A stretch of DNA of 64,000 nucleotides. Source: Mobula hypostoma (lineage: Eukaryota). Shown piece by piece: positions 37,063 through 47,160 of the stretch. The translations under genes and the position numbers were made by a program. Under the pieces are notes generated by a model, which did not search any database, was not told the DNA's origin, and saw only the letters and a list, made by a program, of their open reading frames with translations. How positions within the stretch are numbered: position 1 is the stretch's first letter; the number at the start of each line of letters is the position of its first letter. Where the stretch lies: NCBI RefSeq assembly GCF_963921235.1, contig NC_086097.1, positions 155,002,001 through 155,066,000 of the forward strand, read 5' to 3'.

Positions 37063-39620
37063 ATTCAAAGTTCAAAGAAAAATTTATTATTAGAGTACAT
37101 ACACATCACAACATACAACCTTTTACATCTCCTTGTGAAGGAGATTCTTTTACAGCAGGCATACCTAGCAATAAATAACAAGCATGAAATAATAAGAGAA
37201 AAGAATCCTTAAATGACTGTGGTTATCTCCTTTTGTTCAAGAGCGTGATGGTTGAGGGGTAGTAACTGTTCTGGAGCCTGGTGGTGTGAGTCCTGAGGCA
37301 TCTGAACCTTCTACCTGATGGCAGCAGCAAGAAAAGAGCACGGCCTGGGTGATGAGGATCTTTGATGATGAATACTACTTTCCTACGGCAACATTTCATG
37401 TAGGTGTGCTCAATGGCTGGGAGGGTTTTACCCATAATGTACTGGGCTGAATCCACTACCTTTTGTAGGATTTTCCATTCAAAGACGTTGGTGTTTCTAT
37501 ACCAGGCCGTAATGCAGCCACCCGGCACAGTTTCCACCACACTTCTATAGAAGTTTGCCAAGGTTTTTGATGACATGCCAAATCTCCACAGACTCCTGAG
37601 GAAGTAGAGGTGTTGTTGTGCTTTCTTCACAATTATATTTACATGACGGGTCCAGGACAGGTTCTCTGAGATAGAGACACCCAGGAATTGAAAGTTACCG
37701 ACCCTCTCCACCTCTGATCCTCCGATGATTACTGGCTCATGGACTTCTGGTTTCCCTCTTCTGAAGTCTACTATCAATTCCTTGGTCATATTGATATTGA
37801 GTGAGAGGTTGTTGGTATTACACCACTTAGCCAAATTTTCATTCTCCCTCCTGTATGCAGATTCATCACCATCTTTGACACAGCCCATAACAGTGGAGTC
37901 ATCATCAAACATACTGTATATGGTGTTGGAGCTGTACTTAGCCACACAGTCTGGGTTAAAACGAGTAGAGCAGGGGGCTATGTGTACATCCCTGTGGTGC
38001 TCCTGCGCTGATGGAGATTGTGAAGGAGATATTTTTGCAAATCCAAACTGAGTGGGGCCTACAAGTGAGGAAATCCAGGATCCAATTGCACAAGGGGGTA
38101 TTGAGGCCTATGTCTTAGAGTTTACTGATTAGTTTTGAGGAGATGATGGTGTTAAATGCTGAGCTGTAATTGATAAAGAACATCCTGATATATGCACCTT
38201 TGCTGTCCAGATGTTCCAGGGTGGTGTGAAAAGCCAACGAGCTGGCATCTATTGTAGACCTGTTGCTTCGATAGGCGAATTGGAGTGGATCCAAGTTGCC
38301 ATTCAGACAAGAGCTTCAACACCAGCATCTCAAGTCACTTCATCACTGTGGATGTAAGTGTCACTAGGCAACAGGTGTTTAGACAGGTTACTACACCCTT
38401 CGTGGGCACAGGTACAATTGAAGCCTGCTTGATGCAGGTGGGTACCACACACTACAGGAGCAAGAGATTGAATACACAGCCAGCGGGTTGGCACAGGTTT
38501 TCGGTGTTCAGCCAGGTACTCCATCCGGACCAGCTGCTTTCCTTGGATTCACTCTCTTGAAGGCAATGCACGTCATCCTCAGATAAGGAGACCAAAGGAT
38601 CTTTGGGAGACATGGGTGTACGCGATGGTTGCTCCCTGTTCTGGAGGTCAAAGCAAGCATAGAGGCATCGGGTTCATCTGGAAGCAAAGCTCTGTTGTCC
38701 CCTATGTCACAAGTTTTAACTTTGTAGGAGGCTATGGCATTCGAACCCTGCCACGGTTGTCGAGCTTCCCTCGTTGACTCCAGTCCACTCCAGAATCTCC
38801 ACTTTGCGAAAGAGATGGCTTTCCGGAGATCATACCTGCACCTCTTGTGGCATTCTTGATCTCCAGAGCTGAATGCCTCTGATTTGGATCTCAGCAGGTT
38901 CCGGATTTCATTGTTTATCCAGGGCTTCTGACTGGGGAAAACTGTGAATGATTCTGTGGGGAATACATTCATCCACAGCTGTTTTAATAAAGCCTGTTAT
39001 GACCCCGGTGTACTCATTCAGGTCCTCAGATTAGTTCTTGAACAAGGCCCAGTCCAGTGACTCAAGGTAATCCTGAAACCATCCTCCACCTCCTACAACC
39101 ACCTCTTGGTTGTCTTGATCTCTGGAGCCTTGCTCTTTAGGCTCTGTCTGTATACAGGTAGCAGGAATACAGCCAAATGATCCAACTTACCAAAATGGGG
39201 TCTCAGGAAGGAACAATAAGCATTCCTTGTTGTGGTGTAGCAGTGGTCTAGTGTGTTGGGACTTCTGGTGCAACAGGTTATGTGCTGGTGATAACTGGGC
39301 AGAGTTTTCTTCAGACAGACCTGGTTAAAGTCAACAACTATAATTTGAAATGCATTGGGATGAGCTGTTTCTTGTTTACAGACAACATTGTGCAGTTTTA
39401 TGGGAGTGCTTGCTTATAATTAGCTACTGGTGCTATATAAATTGTGGTCAGGATCACAGATGAAAGCTCCTGAAGCAAATAGAATGGTCTACATTTAATC
39501 ATCAGTTGATCGAGTCAGGGGAACAAGAAGTTGATGTAACCCCAACGTCCGTACACCTATGAGAATTGACATAAAAGCATAGGCTGCCACCTCTTTCCCT
39601 ATCAGAGATCACAGTATGAT
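37063..39620 (-). mobile_element. Rex1/Babar LINE, long degraded copy (endonuclease to 3' tail)
   Basis: ORFs 37223-37945 (RT C-terminus) and 38508-38972 (FPSQKPWINNEIR...VNPRKAAGPDGVPG); endonuclease remnants up to ~39600. Confidence 0.9.
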
Positions 39621-39804
39621 CTATTCTGAGAATCGTAAAACATTCCAGTCATATCCCTTCATCTGGTGTATCCACACTTAACCAAGTTTCAGTACAACAA
39701 ACAATTGAGATCTAACTCATCTGTCACTGATACAGCAGCCTAGCTCTGAGATAGTCAATCTTATTTTCCAGTGACTGTACATTCACCTCATTTCTCTATG
39801 CTTC

Positions 39805-39920
39805 ACAGACAAGAGGAAATCTGCAGATGCTGGAAATCCAAGCGACACAGACAATGTGATGGAGGAACTGCCAACATCTATGGAAAAGAGTACAGTCGAT
39901 GTTTCGGGCCAAGACCTTTC
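39805..39920 (-). repeat. Penelope-type terminal repeat fragment
   Basis: Minus strand GGCCC GAAAC ATC GACTG; the CTGATGA box is absent. Confidence 0.72.
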
Positions 39921-40685
39921 TACACTTCAGCATGGTTTGAATTCTGCCCCTCCTACCGTGTTGTCAGCCATGGCATTGACTCTTAAATGTGCTGCACTTA
40001 ACTACTCTGCATTTAACCATCGATCATTGTCATAATTTCATTGTCTGTTGTTAAGAGGAAACTTATGTGGGCAGATTGCAGCAAAAGTAGTTCAAAAGGA
40101 GTATATTTAAGAGGAAAACTGATTCAATCTCCTACAGCCCACAGAGAGTTGTCAATGTACACCAGCACCATCTTTCAATCCATCTCTCAATCCATGTTTT
40201 TGGCCAAACCTTGGCACATTGGTCCTCTCATTACACAAGCTGATAAGTATTCTAATTGAATAGATAAGGCATTACTTAGATGAATTGAATTTTTCCCACT
40301 TTTTCTGAACAAGATATCCTTTGCAGTTTTCCAAGTATTTGGGTAGACGCCAGTGTTGCAACTGAATTTGAATTGCTTAGGCTGGAGATACGGTGATTTT
40401 TGTACATGGTTTTCAGCACTGCATTTGGGATGTTTCTGGTTCCATACCCCTTGGAGTACTCAATGGTCTTAGCCATTTGTTAACAGCAAATGGCTAAGAT
40501 CACTGAATACACCAAAGTGATGGTGGGGATTTCAGAAGGAAGGGAAAAAAGATTTTCCACTTGTACTGAAAATGGCTGTCTAAACATTACTCTTGCCTGT
40601 ATGCTGGGCCTTGCTACGGTTTAGGATGGGGATAATTTTTCAGAATTTCTAAATCGTCCCAAATCCAACAGGATTTCTATACCCA

Positions 40686-40908
40686 AACAAGAGAAAATCT
40701 GCAGAGCTGGAAATCCAAGCAACACACACAAAATTCTGGAGGAACTCAGCAGACCAGACAGCATCTATGGAAAAGAGTAAACACACAATGTTTTGGGCTG
40801 AGACCTGATGAGGGTCTCAGCCTGAAACATCAACTGTTTACTCTTTTCCATAGATGCTGTCTGGCCTGCTGAGTTCCTCCAGAATCTTGCATGTGTTGCT
40901 AAGATTTC
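40686..40908. repeat. Palindromic Penelope-type terminal repeat, ~88-bp arms
   Basis: Arms 40718-40805 and 40813-40900 are reverse complements with few mismatches. Confidence 0.88.
40805..40836 (+). ncRNA. Minimal type I hammerhead ribozyme-like core, probably inactive copy
   Basis: CTGATGA-GGG-tctcag-CCT-GAAAC-ATC: both conserved boxes and stem II are present. The 5' strand of stem I is lost and GTC has become ATC. Confidence 0.55.
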
Positions 40909-41659
40909 TATATCTCAGGACTCTGTTTTATTTTCCCATTTTCATTGCTCCTCCATTGGTGGCTGTGTCTTAATCTGCCTAGGTTGGATTTCAGAAAATT
41001 GCTTCTGAAATCTTTTTTTTAAACTTCCTGCCTCTCGTTTCTCCTTGAGGTTATTTCTCGAAACCAGTACTAATATCACCTTTTAAAATTATCTTGAAAT
41101 GCTTTAGCTTGTTAAAAGTGCTATATAAATGCAGGTTCTTGTTCTGCATTCAATTATACATGAAAATAATTTTATCTGGCTTATTCAGCCCAAAATTTGT
41201 ACAGTTACACATTTTTTCTTTGTTGATTATTACAAATAATAAATGAGATAATTAATTCCTGTGGTTGCAAAATCCAGGCCTTAAGGGGAAAGAGGCCAGC
41301 AGTTGTACAGTAAGTCCAGTTGGGCCCAGCAAAGGGTTGGTGATAAAGTGGCCAAACCTTGGAATCCTGAGCAAAGCCTCCAGTGGAGCCATATTGGAGG
41401 AGACAATGAATTGAATGTGGAGATTGAAAGTTTGGAAAGAAAATTGAAGGCTAGGGATTTAGCAAGGCCCAAGACTAATTGTTTGTTTAATGTTGAAAAG
41501 GTTTTAGAGCAAAGGGTAAATTTGTTTATCATTGTTGCATAAACCAAGTTACAGCGAAAAGCTTGTTTGCATACCACTCATCCAGATCAATTTATTACAA
41601 CAGTGTATTGTGGTAGTGCAAGGTAAAACAAATGAATGCAGAATAAAGTGTTGATGGGA

Positions 41660-42455
41660 GAGATCAGTGATTGCTAAAGCACCTGGAGGAGGAATCATTA
41701 GTTTAATCTTAGAGGCCAGTGAAGAAATTGTGAAGGCCCTTGTAGAGATATTTGCTTTGACATTAGCCACTGGAAAGCTTGAGAGGACTGGATGGAGGCT
41801 AATGTTGTTCTATTGTTCAAGAAAAGTACCAAGGACAGGTCAAGATCTACAGGCTGGTGAGCCTAACTTTAGTTGTAGAGAAGTTACTGGAGGGAATTTT
41901 GAGGTCAATATCAATCAACACTTGGATACTTAAGGTCTAAATATGAATAGTTTTGCATAGTTTTGTACATGAAAGGTCATAACTGACAAACCTTTTGGAG
42001 TTTCTTAAAGTGGTACCTAGGGATATAAATATAGGTAGGGCAGAAGATGTTATTTATATGGACTTTAGTAAGGTCTTTGTCCAGGTCCAAGTGGCAGGCA
42101 GATCTGAATAATTAGGTTGTTGGGATTCAAGGGGATCTAGTGAAGTGGATTCATAATTGGCTCAATGATAAGAAGCAGTACGTGATTGTTGCAGGTCATT
42201 TCTCCAGCTGGAGGCCTGTGACGAGTGGGGTGCCCCAGGGGCAGTGTTGTGTCCTCTGTTATTTGTTATTTATGTAAATGTTTTGGACATGATTGTACAT
42301 GATACAATTACCAGCTTGCTAAATTAAGGGGTCTTGTTCATAGGGACGCAGACTACAATGAATTACAAAGAAAACATGATCAGTTTTGAAGGTGGACTGA
42401 GGAATAGCTAATGGATTTCAATTCTGATAGGTGTAAGTAGATGCATTTTGCACCA
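41660..42455 (+). mobile_element. Degraded CR1 RT fragment
   Basis: Remnants of YMDFSK, GVPQG and WANV motifs. Confidence 0.75.
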
Positions 42456-42714
42456 ATTCCATTTTACACCAATCAAGATATGTTATGCTTATAGTCATCT
42501 GTGAGTTTAAAAACAGTAGCTTTTCTTCTATGAGTTATGAATAGTGGACAGCTGGTAAAGGTAGAATTTACAGCTCGTTCCAATCTCCCATGATAATACG
42601 GCCTGCTAAACCTTTTCCAAGGAAATTAATTAAGGGTCAACCATACTGCTGAATGGCTGGATCACAGTCATAGAATTATATTGAATAAAAGCAGGAAGTA
42701 CAACACAGGACAAA

Positions 42715-43260
42715 TTGTACAGTACAGAAACAGGCATTTCAGTCCACCATGATGCAACACTTAACTAATCCTGTTGTCCCCAAACATGATCCATATTCCT
42801 CTATTCCCTGTCTGTTCATGACTTTGTGCAAATATCTGTAAAACACTGATATCAAATCTGCTTCAAACACCTCTCCAGAAAAGTATTCCAGGCATCTGCA
42901 ATTCCCTACACAGAAAACTTGCCTCATACATCTCCTTTCAACTTTCCCAATCTAATCTGAAATCTATTTTCTCAAGTATTTATACTTCTCCTCTGGGGAA
43001 AAGACTCCAACTACCTTTCCCATCTGTGCCTCTCATCATTTTATGTACTTCTGTTAGGCCACCCCTCAGCCTTTGATGCTCGAGAAAGCATAATCTAAGT
43101 TCATCGACCTCTCCTTATATCCTTATAAATAATACACTCCAATCCAGGCAACATTCCGGTGACCTCTTCTGAACCCTTTCCAAAGCTTCCATATCCTTTC
43201 TGTAGTGTAATGATCAGAATTTCACACAATACTCCCAAATGTACAGAGTTGCAACAGGAC
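42715..43260 (-). mobile_element. CR1 3' fragment
   Basis: Minus-strand ORF2 end and 3' UTR similar to other CR1 copies. Confidence 0.7.
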
Positions 43261-43619
43261 TTTCCAGGAATAGCAACTTGCTGGAGAAATAGTGAATCAG
43301 GTGAGTTTCTTGGATATAAACCTTTCACTGTGAAGGATCTCTGCTTTTGGCTATAGAGGTACTTTTTTTTATTCTGGACACAATGCACAATGTAAACTCC
43401 AACTTTACAGTAGAAATCTTAAACATTGTAACAGTGAAATCTATTACACCCTGAATCTTTCAGAAGTCTGCAATACTGATATATCCTGCTAAATCCTTTG
43501 GCTTTAACGGAAGGAGATGGGCACACCTCCTTGAGCAGAAACATTAATAATGTTGTTTAATTAGCAAATTGCTGCTAATTGTTCCACACTGTAAATAGTT
43601 CTAACCTCAGCATTAAACT

Positions 43620-43946
43620 GGCTGAATGACAGGGCCAGCAGACTGATTGTCTCCCACTTCAGTTATTCGGGTTTAATCCTGGCCTCAGGTGCTGTCTGTA
43701 TGAAGCATGTACATTCTCCCTGTGATTGTGTGGATTCCTCTGGTTGCTCCAGTTTACTGCCACATCCCTTAAATGTGTGGATTGTTTTTGTAAACTGCCC
43801 CTAATGTGCAAGTGAGCGGTAGTATCTGAGGCAAATTGATGGGAATGTGGAGAAAATAGAATGGAATTAGTGTAGGATTAATGTAAATGGGAGCTTGGTG
43901 ATTGGCATGCATTCAATCGGCCTCTTTTCATGTTGTTCGACTCTGA
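43620..43946 (+). mobile_element. V-SINE/HE1-like SINE
   Basis: B-box-like gggtttaatcctg, core gtacattctccctgtgattgtgtggattcctctggttgctccagttt, CR1-type tail. Confidence 0.65.
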
Positions 43947-44613
43947 TTTTTGTGTCTTTATTACTATCCCCCACTGCTGATTTCATAATGTCTCCATACT
44001 GACCATGTTCTATTCCTTTTATAACCTTTCTGTAACTGGATAGTTAAACTATACATAAATTGCTAACGACAGCTTAACTCAGCATAACTGTCTAAATTAA
44101 TTATTTGCTTTTAAATTTCTACAGAGATAAAACTAATAACGCAGCTTGTCTTTTCTATGATTTCCTTTGCTTTGGCTACCTAATATCATTATTCTGCATC
44201 TGCTAAGTTCTCTCTGTTCCTTTCAATTCAGACTATTTATGGTGCATTCCTTTCCTTATTTTTAACTTGCAAGATGTATTGCTTTACAACTGGGACACTA
44301 CAACGACAATTTTGATGTCTGGTCTTGAGGAAACAAGACCACAAGCAATGAACCACAACTATTGCTCCCAACCACACTATAAACTTAGCCTAATTTAAGA
44401 AAGGACAATATTTATTTTGTGCCCTTCATGATTTCAGGATGCGGAAAGACCTTCATAGACAATTAAGTACCTATTAAGGTTTCTGTAACACTACTGAATT
44501 AGCTATATCATATTCTCACAAACCGAGAAAGGAATGGATAATTTATTTTGATAAGGATGGAAGATAAGTGGAAGCTAAAGATTGGGCAGCATGTAGGGTA
44601 GCTGGCACTTCTT

Positions 44614-44987
44614 TGTTTCTTTTTTAATCTTTTTATTAGTTTTCAAGTTCATAAACATAATAACAATAGTGATACAAAGAGACTGGAATTACATTATTGG
44701 TAATAAACATATACAAGAGAAACTACAAATAGTACAAGTGTAATAGACTTTCAAACTCTTGAGATAATTAATCATGAAGAAAAAAGTAAAAAGAAAAGGA
44801 TATCACAAAGAAAACCCCTAAAAAACAAAAAAACTAAGAAAAAGAACTAAATTACTAGACCCAAAAAAAACAAACAGAACAAAACAAGACTGAACCAATG
44901 TATTAGATCGAATACATTCATTAATGTCGTCAACTCTGCTGCTCTATTCATATATTCTAAATTAATAAAAAGGATTTGGAAAAGGTC
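44614..44987 (-). mobile_element. L1/Tx1-like LINE 3' UTR insertion
   Basis: Minus-strand AATAAA plus A-rich tail. Perfect 14-bp TSD agctggcacttctt at 44600-44613 and 44988-45001. Clade assignment is inferred. Confidence 0.7.
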
Positions 44988-45187
44988 AGCTGGCACTTCT
45001 TCCAGTGCCTGTGATTAGTAATTAAGGTTCAATTCCCACCACTGCCTGTAAGAAGTTTGTACATTCTCCCTGTGATTGTGTGGATTTCCTTTGGGTGCTG
45101 CAGCTTCCACCTACGTGCCAAAGAGGTCCGGGTTAAAGTTAGGGAGTTGTGGGCATGCTATGTTGATCCTAAAAACATGGCGGCACT

Positions 45188-45303
45188 AGGAATTCTGCAG
45201 ATGCTGGAAATTCAAGCAACACACATCAAAGTTGCTGGTGAACACAGCAGGCCAGGCAGCATCTCTAGTGCCTGGCCTGCTGCATTCACCAGCAACTTTG
45301 ATG
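45188..45303. repeat. Palindromic Penelope-type terminal repeat, 35-bp arms
   Basis: Arms 45224-45258 and 45269-45303 with 2 mismatches at one decayed CpG and a 10-nt loop. Confidence 0.85.
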
Positions 45304-46547
45304 GTGACACTTGCAGGCTGCACAGCTCAATCCTCACTGATTTCATTTGATGCATAACAATGTATTTTACTATGTGTTTCAATGCACATGTGACAAATAA
45401 AGCTAATCTTTAAATAACAGTTATTACATTAGTTGGTGAATTCCTTTGTTTTCTTCAAGTAGTATGACAAAGATCCTTTTAAATCACCAGAAAGTGTCTC
45501 GGGGAAGGTGATAAGGTGGTTCAATTCTGAAGGATTTGCAGGAACAGAGGGATACCTGGGTGTATGTATGTATAACCAAGTGTGAATCTTCGGCTTCACA
45601 GAGGCGAAACACAAATCAAGTTATGGTGAAACTTTATACAATGATGACTTGACCACACCAGTGACTTGCAACCAGTTCTTGTAATCATATGGACAAGGTT
45701 TGGAAAGGATTTGCTGAAATTATTCCGTGAGTGAGGAAGCAACATTGCAAGGAAAGATTGGAAAAGTTGTGATAGCTGTCCTTAGAATAGCTAAAATCGG
45801 AAGAGGAGATTTTGAATGAGCTGTTCAAAATAATGACGTGCAGACAGAGAGAAAATATTTCCATTCAAAAACCAAAGATTATAGTTTATGTTAATTGGCA
45901 AACAAACCAATTTTAGCATAAGGCAAAAGGATTTTATACAGTGATAGTTACCATACTGAAGCATTTCCTGGTAGAATTGTGGAGGCAGTGGTATTTCAAG
46001 TACAGCTTTGGATATGAAGGCTGCAGTAAGCTACACAAGAATTGCTCTATGTTTATTCATAATATCTGGGCACCCATATTTGGTGACAGGACAGTGTGAT
46101 CATTCGAAGTCCCTCACTAAAGATCTACCATCGCTGCAGACTTCATAGTTTGGATAAGAGGAACAGTGAGGAGGTCAGTGAAACTAACTCACACAATAGA
46201 TAGGGCAGTAAAAAAGGAGAATATAACAAATGAGCCTAGATAGGTGCTGATAATAAAGAGGGCAATGTGGAAACTTGGGAAACTTTAGACATAGGCATTT
46301 TTATAATCACCAGCATTTGTTGGGACAGAATAACAGTTAAAAATTGAATTCAGTTGGTATTTAAAATGCAGAGCAAAACAATGAGGAAATGAACAAAGAG
46401 ATCACACTAAGTTTTAAACAGAATGAAGTTGCTCCATTCTGTAATTTCTACACCTCCATGGACAACTGAGCCAAAGGCTACTTGGAATTAAAATGATTTT
46501 AATCATATCTGACCAGACGTACTTTTAGTAAACAACTGGTACCATAC

Positions 46548-46635
46548 CTGCTCGCTCTGCGATCGTCTCCTCTCCAAACCATAATGACAGAACTATGACG
46601 AAATATAAAGCTCGAGACATAGCTCGAAGCACCAT
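46548..46635 (-). CDS. col22a1: col22a1 first coding exon: start codon and signal peptide MVLRAMSRALYFVIVLSLWFGEETIAERA(G)
   Basis: ATG at 46635 in strong context (GAG ATG G) with an in-frame TAA four codons upstream. Hydrophobic core LYFVIVLSLWF. Ends GCA G|GTATGG in phase 1 and joins the VWA exon as ...ERA-G-CKNVHYD, like human ...QRA-G-CKSVHYD. Too short to appear in the ORF track. Confidence 0.93.
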
Positions 46636-46671
46636 CTCTTCTTCTTAGTAAGAAGTATTAGGACATTTAAC
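46636..46671 (-). other. col22a1: 5' UTR portion of the col22a1 start-codon exon
   Basis: Minus-strand polypyrimidine tract and acceptor TCTTTTATTTTGCCACAG|GTTAAATG at 46672/46671, which implies an upstream non-coding exon. Confidence 0.8.
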
Positions 46672-46894
46672 CTGTGGCAAAATAAAAGAAGATTAATTGT
46701 TAAGTCATACAATGGTTCTGGATTGCTATTAAACAAGCAAAAGTCCAACCAGATGTCTTCCTGCAAGTTCCTACTCTTCTGTAAACCACAATTATACATT
46801 TTGATGCTTGAGCTACTAGAAAGCTTAAAATTCCTATTATAACTATCTTTTTTTTCCATTTTGCATCAATTTGCTGAAGAATTAAGCTATATCT

Positions 46895-47160
46895 TTTATT
46901 TATTTATTGAGATACAGCATGAAATGGGCTCTTCCAGCCCTTCAAGTGACACAGCCCAGCAACCCCTTAACCCTAGCTGAATGATGGGACAATTTACAAT
47001 GAACAATTAACCTACCAACCGGTACATCTGTGGTTTGTGGCAGGAAAATGAAGCAACCAGAGAAAACACACACATTCCATGGGGAGGACGTGCAGACAGA
47101 TGACACTGGAATTGAACTACAATGCCCTAAGCTGTAATAACCACTATGCTACCATGGTCC
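46895..47160 (-). mobile_element. V-SINE-like SINE
   Basis: Reverse-complement V core (tgtggcaggaaaatgaagcaaccagagaaaacacac...ggggaggacgtgcagac). Confidence 0.55.

Larger units (their letters stand above)
44584..45412 (+). mobile_element. tRNA-derived V-SINE interrupted by two younger insertions
   Basis: Head 44584-44613, resumes at 44988 (B-box ggttcaattccc, V core), split again at ~45188-45300, tail aataaagctaatctt. Confidence 0.7.
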
